A stretch of DNA of 64,000 bases from Candidatus Krumholzibacteriia bacterium (GTDB lineage: Bacteria; Krumholzibacteriota; Krumholzibacteriia; Krumholzibacteriales; Krumholzibacteriaceae), in NCBI GenBank assembly GCA_963770685.1, contig CAVYQN010000007.1:12170-76169 (forward strand). Reading direction: 5' to 3'. This document shows positions 1 through 9,989 of the stretch, one piece after another. A program made the translations under genes and the position numbers. The notes under the pieces were generated by a model. The model was not told the origin of the DNA. It saw only the letters and a list, made by a program, of their open reading frames with translations, and made no database searches. Each line of letters opens with the position of its first letter. The stretch's first letter is position 1.

Positions 1-888
1 GCGATCAGGACTATCAGCGCGAGCAGATAGAAACATCAGTATCTTTTCGACCTTTATGTAGCTGAAAAGGTTGCTGTTCAGGTCTATCCAGTTGTTCGTG
101 CCCCAGTAAGGCGACTGCAGGCGTTCCACTATCATCTCGTCGACAAGCTCCGCCTTGTATATGTCCCTTATCCTGATTCCAAGGCCCCTCGTCGAAGCCT
201 CGAAATCGTAGAAGGTCGCGGCCTCGCGGATGTCTATGTAGGCAAACCTCGAATCGAACTCGAAGACGCCGGTCTTGAAAAACCCTATGACCCTGAATTC
301 CCTCGTCCTCGGTTTTATCGTGCCGAGCTGCATCTCCGCCGGGGCGCTCACCAGGGTGAGTATCTCCCCGTACGATATCTTCAGATCGAGCGCGAGATCC
401 TCTCCGAGCACGATTCCGGGAAGATCCGCGCCGTCCTCGAATCCCGACGTCTCGAAGGTCGTCACCGGAGGCGAGAAGGAATCGATCACCGTCGAGACCA
501 TCTTCTCCTTCCCGATGTCGACGCCCTTGACGATCACGCCCTTGGTCTTGACCTTCAATCCCGATATGAACTCGTAGTACAGAAGCGACTCGCCCCTTAT
601 GAAGGGGGCCGTGGCCAGGACCCCGTCGACCTTCCCTATCTCGGCCGATATCGAATCGACCGCGTTCCACGCGGCCTCGTTCCTCGAGAATGCGAGCACA
701 TGCGTGTTGAACTCGATTATCCGGCTTCGAAGCTCCGCCTCGAAGCCGTTCATCAGGGAAAGGACGATTATCAGGGTCGCGACGCCGACGAGCGTCCCGC
801 CGACGGCTATCAGCGTCACGCGCGAAACCAGGCCGCTTCTGCGCCTGGCGCGAAGGTATCTCAGCGCGATTGCCAGGGAATAGTGCAT
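1..888 (-). CDS. lolE: Lipoprotein-releasing ABC transporter permease, LolC/LolE (FtsX/MacB-type) family; C-terminal part lies beyond the window edge
   Basis: Absent from the ORF track because the frame is open to nt 1. My minus-strand translation from ATG 888-886 reads MHYSLAIALRYLRARRRSGLVSRVTLIAVGGTLVGVATLIIVLSLMNGFEAELRSRIIEFNTHVLAF...NNWIDLNSNLFSYIKVEKILMF. This is a typical LolC/E N-terminus, TM1 and periplasmic domain. I checked every triplet of this frame over 1-888 and found no stop. The last 12 codons turn polar (LSARADSPDR) while the +1 frame reads LLALIVLIA, the expected TM2. A 1-nt insertion near nt 27 is therefore probable. Confidence 0.85.
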   Translation of the reverse strand, partial: MHYSLAIALRYLRARRRSGLVSRVTLIAVGGTLVGVATLIIVLSLMNGFEAELRSRIIEFNTHVLAFSRNEAAWNAVDSISAEIGKVDGVLATAPFIRGESLLYYEFISGLKVKTKGVIVKGVDIGKEKMVSTVIDSFSPPVTTFETSGFEDGADLPGIVLGEDLALDLKISYGEILTLVSAPAEMQLGTIKPRTREFRVIGFFKTGVFEFDSRFAYIDIREAATFYDFEASTRGLGIRIRDIYKAELVDEMIVERLQSPYWGTNNWIDLNSNLFSYIKVEKILMFLSARADSPDR

Positions 889-892
889 CCGC

Positions 893-2390
893 CTAATCTT
901 CCTCCCTGCCCTGCTCGGATCGCATCTGCGGGAAAAGTATGACGTCTCGTATCGACGGCGAATCGGTGAGCAGCATCACCATCCTGTCGATACCGACTCC
1001 GAGCCCCCCGGTCGGTGGCATCCCGTGCTCGAGAGCCCTGAGATAATCCTCGTCGACCGGGTGCGTCTCGTCGGCCCCCTGCTCGCGCGCCCTGACCTGC
1101 GCTTCGAACCTCTCGCGCTGGTCGATCGGATCGTTGAGCTCGCTGAAGGCGTTCGCCACCTCGAATCCCGCTATGTAAGGCTCGAATCTCTCGACCAGCC
1201 CCTTCTCGCTCCTGTGCACCTTGGCGAGCGGAGACAGCTCGACCGGATAATCCGTTATGAAGACCGGCTGGATCAGCCCGGGCTCGACCAGATTTGAGAA
1301 AAGCTCGTCGAGGAGGCCGGCGCGGCCCGAGACCCCTTCGATGTCGATATCGTGCTTCTTCGCGACGGCGGCCAGTTCCCCGACTTCCGCGTTCCTGAGA
1401 TCGGCGCCCGTCTTTTCCTCGAGCGACCCGAAAAATGTCAGCCTTCGCCATGGAGAGGCCAGGCTCAGCTTCTGACCCTGGTACGATATCTCCGTCGTGC
1501 CGAGCGCCTTTTCGCAGGCCCTGGCGTACATTCCCTCGACGAAATCCATCATGTCGTTGTAATCCCAGTACGCGGCGTAGCACTCGAGCATCGTGAATTC
1601 CGGGTTGTGCGACCTGTCCATCCCCTCGTTCCTGAAATCCTTGGAGAACTCGAAGACCCGCTCCATCCCCCCCACGATCAGCCGTTTGAGGTAGAGCTCG
1701 TCGGCTATCCTCAGATACAGGGTCATGTCGAGGGCGTTGTGGTGGGTCACGAACGGCCTCGCCATCGCCCCTCCGTAAAGAGGCTGGAGAATCGGGGTCT
1801 CCACCTCGAGGAACCCGTGCTCCCTCAGATAGTCCCTGACGGTGTCGATGATCATCGAGCGCGTCGTGAATACCTTCATCACCTCGTCGTTCACGATGAG
1901 GTCGAGATACCTTCTTCTGTACCGGAGCTCCTTGTCCTGCAACCCGTGGTATTTCTCGGGAAGGGGCAGGATCGATTTGCTGAGAAGCTCGAGCCTGCGC
2001 ACCTTGATCGTGAGCTCCCCGGTTTTCGTCATGAAAAACGCCCCGTGTATTCCGACGATGTCGCCGAGGTCGATCAATTTGAAAAGGGACCATGTCTTTT
2101 CGTCGACGTCCGCGTCCTTTATGTAGAACTGAATGGCCGAGGTGCCGTCCTTGATGTTACCGAACGAAGTGTGGCCGTGCCCCCTGAGAGACATCACCCT
2201 TCCCGCCAGCGCGATCTCCGTCCCGTTCTCCAGAAGACCTTCGGCCTTGTCCCTGGCGTCGCTGATGCTGTGCGTCCTGTCGAAACGGTACGGATACGGG
2301 TTGATCCCGATCTCGCGCAGTTTCGAGAGCTTTCTCCATCCTGGTATCCCTCTCGCGGCCGCCCTCTTTCGTGATCTCCTGTTCGCTCAA
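893..2390 (-). CDS. lysS: Lysine--tRNA ligase (class II LysRS), frameshifted near the 5' end in this assembly
   Basis: ORF 893..2197 (434 aa) is the LysRS body (FMTKTGELTIKV, YLRIADELYLKRLIVGG, NPEFTMLE, GLGVGIDRMVMLL). The same frame continues upstream as GIPGWRKLSKLREIGINPYPYRFDRTHSISDARDKAEGLLENGTEIALAGRV but has no start codon. TTG 2390, with AGGAAG upstream, opens ORF 2157..2390 (MSEQEITKEGGRE). Joining the two needs a +1 shift around 2340-2360 (CCC run 2348-2350). 1498 nt minus 1 gives 499 codons. The prfB-lysS order matches E. coli. Confidence 0.9.
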
Positions 2391-2391
2391 T

Positions 2392-3512
2392 TCAGTTCTT
2401 CCTTTCTTTCCACCTCAGGTAACCTTCTATGAATTCGTCGATCCCCCCGTCCATCACCCCCGGGATATTCCCCGTCTGGACGTCCGTCCGGTGATCCTTG
2501 ACCAGGGTGTACGGATGAAATATGTAGCTTCTGATCTGGTTTCCCCAGGATATGTCCTTTTTCTCGCCCGCGATCTTCGAGCGCCGTTCGTCCTCCTCCT
2601 CGAGTCGTTTCGCGTAGATTCTCGACCTGAGGACCTTCATCGCCATTTCGCGGTTCCTGTGCTGCGAGCGCTCGTTCTGGCACTGAACGACGATCCCGGT
2701 CGGGAAATGCGTCAGCCTGATCGCCGAATCGGTCTTGTTCACGTGCTGCCCGCCGGCGCCGCTCGCCCTGTAGGTATCCACCCTGATGTCATCCGGGTTT
2801 ATCTCCACGTCTATGTTGTCCTCGATCTCGGGGAAGATGAAAACGGACGCGAAGGAGGTATGCCTGCGGTGGTTCGCGTCGAACGGCGATATCCTGACCA
2901 GCCTGTGGATCCCGCCCTCCGATTTCAGCCTGCCGTACGCCATCTCGCCCTTTGATTTCGATCGTCGCGTTCTTTATCCCCGCCTCGTCTCCGGGCTGCA
3001 GATCGAGAAGCCTGTGCTTGTAACCGTTTCTTTCGAGATACCTCGTATATAACCGCAGGAGCATCTCCGCCCAGTCCTGCGACTCGGTGCCCCCGGCCCC
3101 GGGGTGAATATTCATCAGGGCGTTCCCGCGATCGTGCTCGCCCGACAGAAGAACGTCGAGCTCGAAGAGCCCGATCGCCTTCTTTATCTTTTCCAGTTCC
3201 GGGATCATCGCGTCGACGAGCGAATCGTCCCCTTCGCCCTCGTTCAGCTCCAACAGCTCGCGAAGCGACGCCAGATCGTTTTTCAGCGAATTATAGGGGG
3301 CGATCCTGTTCTTGAGCGATTTCAAGGTCGTAACAAGTTTTTCCGCCGATTCGCGGTCGTTCCAGAAATCCGGAGAAGACATCTTCTCCTCGATGGCGGC
3401 TGATTCGGCTTTCATTTTTTCGAGGTCAAAGATACTCCTTCAGGCTGTCGAGTCTTTCCTCGAGATCCCCCGCCGCCGAATCTATCTCTTTCGTGGATAT
3501 TCTCTCATTCAT
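2392..3512 (-). CDS. prfB: Peptide chain release factor 2, with the canonical programmed +1 frameshift plus one additional unexpected frameshift
   Basis: Three frame segments. (1) 3512-3429: [28 protein letters not shown], then TGA. (2) ORF 2789..3415 frame: [24 protein letters not shown]...[56 protein letters not shown]. (3) ORF 2392..2943: [22 protein letters not shown]...[42 protein letters not shown]. The SPF and GGQ motifs identify RF2. The second junction (coding AAA GGG C GAG; plus-strand CCC 2948-2950) is an extra base. 1121 nt minus 2 gives 373 codons. Confidence 0.93.
3425..3440 (-). promoter_or_regulatory. Programmed +1 ribosomal frameshift site of prfB (autoregulatory)
   Basis: The coding strand reads AAG GAG TAT CTT TGA C. 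A Shine-Dalgarno-like AAGGAG lies 3 nt upstream of the slippery CTT, which is followed by an in-frame TGA and then C. The E. coli site is AGG GGG TAT CTT TGA C. The +1 frame continues GAC CTC GAA AAA ATG AAA into the RF2 body. Confidence 0.9.
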
Positions 3513-4132
3513 GATCGTCCTTCCGTGAAACGCCCCGGCTCTTCAGGAATCCGTCGCGGATCTCCGCTGCTTTCTTCCTCACGGACCCGAGGCCGGCCGA
3601 TGTGTCCAGGGTAATATCGGCCTTTTCCCATCCCTTGTAAAGGGGCCTTTGCGTTTCGACGCGCGCCCTCGCTTCGGCGGCGGAGATGCCGTCCCTTTTG
3701 GCGAGCCTTTCGGCCCTTATATTCTCTGCGGCCTTCGTCTGCACGGAAAGGTCCGCCCTGAACACGAACTTATACTGGAAATACAGGACCGCATCAAGCA
3801 CTATGTACCGTTTCCGCTTGCCCTTTTGCCTGATGATCCCGCTGATCGTCCTTTTGACGTGCGGTTTAACGATCCTCTCGAGCCTCGCGAGGGCACGGGG
3901 ATCGCCGAACACGGCCCTTCCGAGTCTCTTCCTCGAAATCCTCCCGCCGGGGGTCAACACGCCGGCGAATTCCGACCCCACCTTTTCCCTGATACGAGGA
4001 TCCCCGTAAACCGATGCGCGCTATCGCGTCGGCGTCGAGCAGGCACCCGCCCGCCTCGGCCATCACCCGCGCCACCGTCGTCTTCCCGGAGGCTATCCCT
4101 CCGGTCACCACGATCAGCGGGCATCCCATCAA
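3505..4132 (-). CDS. coaE: Dephospho-CoA kinase, frameshifted in this assembly
   Basis: ORF 3866..4132 starts MMGCPLIVVTGGIASGKTTVARVMAEAGGCLLDADAIA (P-loop). The body lies in the ORF 3505..3981 frame (ASVYGDPRIREKVGSEFAGVLTPGGRISRKRLGRAVFGDPRALARLERIVKPHV...). The junction needs a +1 shift near 4017-4021. 628 nt minus 1 gives 209 codons. The start overlaps the polA stop, and the stop overlaps the prfB start (ATGAATGA). Confidence 0.85.
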
Positions 4133-6835
4133 TGCGCCTCCATCCAGTTCTTCCCCGTGCCTATTTCGACTTTCAGCGGCACGGCCAGCATGATCGCCGA
4201 TTCCATCTTCGTCCTCACCAGCTCCTTCAGGCGTTCCACCTCACCGGGCACGGCGTCGAAAACCAGCTCGTCGTGCACCTGCAGGATCATTCTGCTTTCG
4301 AGCCCCAGCCTTCCCATCTCGGCGTGTATCTCGATCATCGCGACCTTTATCAGATCGGCGGCGGTTCCCTGAATCGGTGTGTTCACCGCTATCCTCTCCG
4401 AGAAACTCCTGAAGCCGCCATTGGCGCTGTTTATGTCGGGGAGCGGCCGCCTTCGCCCGAGCAGCGTCTCGGAATAGCCGTTTTTCCTCGCGAAGTCCTT
4501 CGCCGTCTCAATGAATTCCCCGATGCCGGGATATTTCCCGAAATATTCGTCGATGAATCTCTTCGCTTCCTCGAATGGGATCCTGAGCTGCTGCGACAAG
4601 GCCCTCGGTCCCTGCCCGTAGATCACGCCGAAGTTTATCGTCTTGGCCGCGGACCTCATCTCCTTCGAAACGTCCTTCTCTTCCACGCCGTATATCCTCG
4701 AGGCGGTGCACGTGTGTATGTCGGCATCCTCGTTGAAGGCCTTTATCAGCTCCGGATCCCTCGAGAGATGGGCCATGATCCTGAGCTCCACCTGGGAATA
4801 ATCCGCGTCGAGTAGAAGGTTGCCCTCGGCCGGAATGAACGCGCTCCGGATCTGCCGCCCAAGCTCGGTCCGTATCGGGATGTTCTGAAGGTTCGGCTCG
4901 CTCGACGAGAGCCTTCCGGTCGTGGTCACGCTCTGATTGAAGGATGTGTGTATCCTTCCCGTTTTGCCGTTTATCAGGCGCGGGAGGTTGTCGACGTAGG
5001 TGCTCGCCATCTTGGCGAGCTGCCTGTACTCGAGGAGCAGCCCGGCGAGGGGATGCTGAGCGGCCAGCTCGGTAAGCACGTCGACGTCGGTCGAGAATCC
5101 GGTCTTCGTCTTCCTGCCGGAGGGCAGGCCGAGCTTTTCGAACATTATGGCCTGAAGCTGCCGGTTCGAGTTGATGTTGAATTCCTCGCCGGCCGCCTCG
5201 TAAATCCTCGCCGTCAGCCGTTCCATCTCCTCCGAGATGGTCGTCGACAATTCCTTCAGCCTCCCGGCGTCCAGCCCCATTCCCGCCATTTCCATGCTCT
5301 TCAGCACGAGAAGGAGAGGCCTCTCCACGTGATCGAAAAGCCCGGCGAGCCCATCCCCTGCGAGCTTCTCGGCGAAGATTTTCTTCAATCTCAGGGTATA
5401 GTCGGCGTCCTCGCACGAATATTCGCAGAGGCGTTCGGGGGAGACGGTCCTTATGTCCCTCGTCCTGTCCCCCTTCTCGAACAGCTCCCCGTAGGCTATC
5501 ATCCTGTGCTTCAGGAACTCCATCGCGAGGTTGTCGAGCGAGTGCGACCTTCTCGACGGATCGATCACGTACGATGCGATCATGGTGTCCCATGTGCCGT
5601 TTTCCACGGTGAATCCGTGGGATTCGAGGACCTTGAGGTCATATTTTATATTGTGGCCGGCCTTGCATATTTCCGGGTCGGCGAGCACCGGCCCGAGCGT
5701 TTCCCTCAGCGAATCGAGGTCCGCCCACTTCCCGGGCGCGGCCTCTCCGGCGAAGAGCCCGCTGCCGTCTTCCACGGCGGCGGCGACAGGGACGTACCAT
5801 GCGCGGCCTTCGGAGACGCAGAAGCTGATCCCGACCAGTTCGGCCTCCAGCGAATCGAGGGAGGTGGTTTCCACGTCCAGGACGAAATCTCCCGCCTCTC
5901 TGAGCGCGGCCGCCAGATCCTTCAGGCCGTCCCTGCCGACCAGCATGTATCCTGAATTTCCCCTGATCCTCGAACCCAGCCCGAGCTCCTTGATTATCTG
6001 GTGGAATTCCATCTCCAGAAGCATCTCGGTCAGTTTCGTTTCGTCCTGCCCGCGCCGCACGAGGCTGTCATAGCTGAATTCCATCGGCACCGAGGCGAGT
6101 TTCACCAGTTCCCTCGAGAAAAGCGCGTCCTCTTTTCCTTCGGCTATCTTCCTGCCGACGTGGGCCGGCTTTATGCTTTCGGCGTTCTCGATGACCTTGT
6201 CGAGCGTCCCGTATTCCTGCAGAAGTTTCAACGCCGTTTTCTCGCCGATCCCCTTTATCCCCGTTATGTTGTCGGAGCTGTCCCCCATCATGGCGAGCAG
6301 ATCGACGATCTGCGCCGGCGAGAGCCCGAACCGATTCCTCGAGATATTCCGGCCCGATTTCGTTCTCCAGGTCGTTCCCCTTCGACGGCCTTATCATTCG
6401 AACGCGGTCTCCGAGAAGCTGAAAGAGATCCTTGTCGCTCGAGACGATCCTCACGTCGAAACCCTCTCCGGCCGCCTTCAGCGCGATCGTCGCTATGATG
6501 TCGTCCGCCTCGTACCCGGGCGCGGCAAGGACGGGCAGCCCCATCGCCTCCAGCACATCCTTTATTATCGGGATCTGCGGGCGCATGTCGTCCGGCATCG
6601 CCACCCTGTTCGCCTTGTACTGTTCGTATTGCTGATGCCTCCCCGTCTCCTCCTCGGAGTCGAAGACGACGACGAGGCGGTCCGGGGCGTATTTCTCCAT
6701 CAGCCGCAGGATGACGCGGATAAAGCCGTACACGGCGCTCGTGTTCTCCCCGCGGGAGTTCGTCAGCGGATTCCTTATGAAGGCGTAGTAGGATCTGTAG
6801 GCTATGGCGTGGCCGTCAACGAGAAAAATTGTCAC
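4129..6835 (-). CDS. polA: DNA polymerase I, frameshifted in this assembly
   Basis: ORF 6068..6835 gives the 5'-3' exonuclease domain (MTIFLVDGHAIAYRSYYAF, YEADDIIATIA, IVSSDKDLFQLL, NEIGPEYLEE). The ORF 4129..6291 frame gives FGLSPAQIVDLLAMMGDSSDNITGIKGIGEKTALKLL and the polymerase domain (DYSQVELRIMAHLS, RSAAKTINFGVIYG, QVHDELVF). The frames join by a +1 shift at about 6331 (coding GAA TCG G TTC GGG). 2707 nt minus 1 gives 902 codons. Confidence 0.93.
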
Positions 6836-6847
6836 GCAACCACATCC

Positions 6848-7445
6848 TCATTCCGATGCCGCGTACAGGGAATTGGCCCTTATGTATTCCTCGACGGGGC
6901 GCGGCACCAGATAGCGCACCGATCGCCCCTTCGAGACCATGTCGCGGATCGAGCTCGACGAAATCGAATTCGTGCCGGTCGTCATCATGATAACCGACGC
7001 TTCGCGCGGCACGCCGGCCGGGATTTCGTGGCCCGGCCTCTTCATGGCGAGGATCGTGGCGTTTCTGAAGATGATGTCCGGCTCCCGCCACGAGCTCATC
7101 TCACCAAGCGAATCCGATCCGACAAGAAGGTGGATATCCGGCCCTGTCGTAACCGAGCGAGCTGAAATGCAGCACCGATTCAAAGGTGAATGAAGGCTCC
7201 GTTTTCTTCTCGAGCAGCGATATCTCGAATCCGTCGTTGTCGGCGATGGCAAGCTCCACCATCTTCAGCCTGTGTTCGATCGCCGTCAGCTTTCGCGTTT
7301 TCTTGTGGGGCGGAACGGCCGTGGGGATGAAATACACCTTGTCCAGATTCGCGTAATCGAGCGCCATCTGGGCGAGGATCAGATGACCTGTATGTACGGG
7401 ATCGAAGGACCCGCCGAAAAGCCCTATTCTATCCCCGATCTTCAC
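6848..7445 (-). CDS. nadD: Nicotinate-nucleotide adenylyltransferase, frameshifted in this assembly
   Basis: ORF 7101..7445 reads MKIGDRIGLFGGSFDPVHTGHLILAQMAL (GxFxPxHxGH motif). The ORF 6848..7252 frame continues PDIHLLVGSDSLGEMSSWREPDIIFRNATILAMKRPG...ISSSSIRDMVSKGRSVRYLVP. The +1 junction is at about 7143 (coding GAC AGG G CCG GAT). 598 nt minus 1 gives 199 codons. Confidence 0.85.
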
Positions 7446-7491
7446 TATTGGTCTCTCCCGCCTGCCCTGCCTCGCCTGCGCCGGGGCCGGC

Positions 7492-8253
7492 CTATTTCTT
7501 CGCGCGCGCGGCGGCGTCCGGCTTCTCGCTGAAATCGAACGCCGAGGACGCCGATTCCCCGTATGCCTTCAGGGCGGCCTCCATATCGCCGTTCATCTCC
7601 GCTATCCTTCCACTGTAATATCTGCTTCTCGCCGCCCATATCGTGGAGGGATAGTCCGAGATCACCTTGTCGAAATAAAGGAGCGCGGCGTTGTTGTGTT
7701 TTCTCGAAAAATAGAGCATCGCGTTTTTGAAATCCTTTTCGCCGAGGATATCGTGAATCCTGTCGCGCGTTTTCTCCGCTTCCGGCCTGAGCGGGCTGTC
7801 CTTGAAGACCTGAAGGAACCTGTTGATCCTGCCGAGCGCCTCGTACGTCTTCGACTGGTCCCTCTCGGGGCGCTGCCGCTGCATGAAGGCGCAGAGGCCC
7901 TCGAGATAAAAGGCGTCGTCGACATATTCGCTGTAACCGTAGTCGTTGATCAGAATCCTGTATTCCACGGCGGCCAGAGGATAATCGCCGTCGAGCCTGT
8001 AGGATTCCGCGAGACGGAACTGGGCGAAATCGCTCCTCTCGTCGCCGGCGAAAGCGGCGAGGAAATCCTTGTACTCGACGGACGCCTCCTTGTATTTCCC
8101 CTTGTCGAAAAGCGAGGAGGCGAGGGACAATTTCCGCTCCGGTTCCACCATCTTCCGGGCCGAATACGGGCCGCCGCACGAAGACAGGATGACCGCCGGT
8201 ATCACGGCAACCGCGAGAACCAGCCTTTTAACGCCCTGACCTTTGTTTTTCAA
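7492..8253 (-). CDS. bamD: Outer membrane protein assembly factor BamD (YfiO-type TPR lipoprotein)
   Basis: Intact 253-aa ORF. It has a signal peptide with a lipobox (AVILSSC) and a BamD-like TPR pattern (KGKYKEASVEYKDFLAAF..., RDQSKTYEALGRINRFLQVFKDSP, NAMLYFSRKHNNAALLYFDKVISDYPST). Confidence 0.75.
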   Translation of the reverse strand: MKNKGQGVKRLVLAVAVIPAVILSSCGGPYSARKMVEPERKLSLASSLFDKGKYKEASVEYKDFLAAFAGDERSDFAQFRLAESYRLDGDYPLAAVEYRILINDYGYSEYVDDAFYLEGLCAFMQRQRPERDQSKTYEALGRINRFLQVFKDSPLRPEAEKTRDRIHDILGEKDFKNAMLYFSRKHNNAALLYFDKVISDYPSTIWAARSRYYSGRIAEMNGDMEAALKAYGESASSAFDFSEKPDAAARAKK

Positions 8254-9117
8254 GCTTTGCGATCCTTTCCTTGGCCATTTCGACCAGCCTTCCGCTGGAT
8301 CCGAGGTTCATGTGGACCACCCTGGAATAATAATCGACGGCACTGTCCGTCTCATTCCTTGATTCGAATATCTCGGCGAGAAGAAAATTGACCTTTTCCC
8401 TGACGAGAGGATTCCCCGCCGAATCGGCCAGCTCCAGGAGCAGGGCCTGGGCCTTCTCGATTTCCCCGCCCGAGTAAAGCTCCGTGCCGGCGTTGAGCAG
8501 AAGATTCTCCAGTTTCCATTCGACGGTGGACATCAGCCGGCTTCCTGGGTACCTGTCCTGGAAACGCCTGTAAAGCTCTATTGCATGAAGCTTGTCCCCC
8601 TTCCCCTCGTAAGCCGAGCCGAGTTGTATCATGACCTCCGCCGCTCCGGCCGTATCGGGGTGAGCCTGGAGGTATCTTTTGAAATACCGTATCGCGCCGT
8701 CGAAATCCCTGCCTTCCAGAAATATCCCCCCCGCGACCGGGTTATAAGGCCCGAAATCGGTGTCCGGCCCGAATTCGGCGGTTTTCAGGATGAATCTCTT
8801 TCCCCTGGCCTCCTGCCCGGTTTCGAGGTTTTCAAGTGCTTCAGCGCGGTAGAGCCCCGCGATCCGCTGCGCCCACGACGAATCGATCGCGCATATCTCA
8901 GCGAAGGAGTCGGCGGCCTCGGCTTCGCTGCCCAGCTTGAGAAGCGCCCTTCCGACGATGAAGAGAAGCTCCGGATCCTTCTCCCCCCCTTCTTGAAATG
9001 GTGGCGGGCGAGAAAGACCGATTCCGCGTAATTACCCTTAGAAAATTCCCCGCTGACCTTTTCCAGGATCGATTTCTGTTCGCAGGAGACCGTGGACATC
9101 AAGCCGGCGGCAAGCAT
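8228..9117 (-). CDS. TPR-repeat lipoprotein, frameshifted at a homopolymer in this assembly
   Basis: ORF 8785..9117 reads MLAAGLMSTVSCEQKSILEKVSGEFSKGNYAESVFLARHHFKKGG. The reading then continues in the ORF 8228..8632 frame as EKDPELLFIVGRALLKLGSEAEAADSFAEICAIDSSWAQRIAGLYRAEALENLETGQEARGKRF...MIQLGSAYEGKG.... The junction lies in a C7 run (8983-8989; coding G7), and one missing G (-1) restores the frame. 890 nt plus 1 gives 297 codons. A further T7 run at 9116-9125 may hide a second shift that would extend the N-terminus to ATG 9172. Confidence 0.7.
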
Positions 9118-9182
9118 GAAAAAAAGCGCACTTCTCAGGCTGGCAAAGAAAATAACGCACCGCCCCCCTCATGCGTCATGGT

Positions 9183-9893
9183 TTAATCGTTACTGCTCTG
9201 ATTGGAGAAGAACAGGTAGATCAATCCCGTGACGATACCAGTGACAATTACCGGTTCCACGAGTTTGCTCCACCGGAGCTCCTTGCGTTCCGGCCTGGTG
9301 AAGTCGTGCTCAGGATCCTCCACCCTGCCCAGCATCGAATAGGATATCGTGTCTTCATAATCCCTGCGGGTCTCTCCGACCCAGACGATATCCCCGTTAG
9401 ACCTGTCGATGAGCTGGGCGAAGACGCCGATCCCGGCCGTCCTGTCGACCTTCTTGGAACCTATCCCGAAACTCCGGTTTATGTCGGCGTATCTCAGGTT
9501 CAGCCTCACGAGCTGATAGTTGAATTCGTAAGCCGGCTCTTCCCCGGCAGAGGTTTCGTCCGGGACCTTCTCCGACACCCGCATCTCCGATCCGGCAAGT
9601 TTCGTGATGAGCGTTTTCCGGAAGACGTCGTCGATATTGCCGATCCCCTTTCCCTTGACGAGAAGGAGCAGCGTGTTCTTCTCCATATCCGGCATATTCG
9701 CCATAAGATCATCGATGGCCTCGCCGGAAATCACCTCTATGACCTCATAATTAGTGAGCAGCTTCTCGCCCGTCCCTCCCGGATCGCTGAGCACGGGGAT
9801 GGCGGTGAACAGAAATGCCAGACATAATGGACACGCTATCCTCGATATGACCCCGTCATTTCTGAAAAACTTCACCGCGTACCTCCATCGCAA
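9183..9893 (-). CDS. Hypothetical envelope protein (N-terminal signal/anchor, C-terminal transmembrane helix)
   Basis: Intact 236-aa ORF with normal composition. The N-terminus is hydrophobic (ISRIACPLCLAFLFTAIPVLS) and there is a C-terminal TM helix (LVEPVIVTGIVTGLIYLFF). I recognised no family by eye. Confidence 0.6.
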   Translation of the reverse strand: MRWRYAVKFFRNDGVISRIACPLCLAFLFTAIPVLSDPGGTGEKLLTNYEVIEVISGEAIDDLMANMPDMEKNTLLLLVKGKGIGNIDDVFRKTLITKLAGSEMRVSEKVPDETSAGEEPAYEFNYQLVRLNLRYADINRSFGIGSKKVDRTAGIGVFAQLIDRSNGDIVWVGETRRDYEDTISYSMLGRVEDPEHDFTRPERKELRWSKLVEPVIVTGIVTGLIYLFFSNQSSND

Positions 9894-9989
9894 TTTGATT
9901 TACGACATATATTATAAACGGCCGGGACGTGCTTGTTCCGGGTTAACGTGAATTATATTCAGGAATTGCGGATGAATGTCAACCGAAAT

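Noticed and set aside
861-2093. Long Arg/Gly/Pro-rich ORFs in the track overlapping real genes in other frames or on the opposite strand. Examples: 861..2093 -, 1352..2374 +, 4508..5593 -, 11314..12981 +, 23257..25290 + (677 aa), 32398..33855 +, 42480..44225 + (581 aa), 44505..45434 -.
   Set aside because: Their composition is typical of off-frame or antisense translation of GC-rich coding DNA (runs of R, G, P, A, no recognisable motifs). Each is fully covered by a gene with clear family signatures in another frame.
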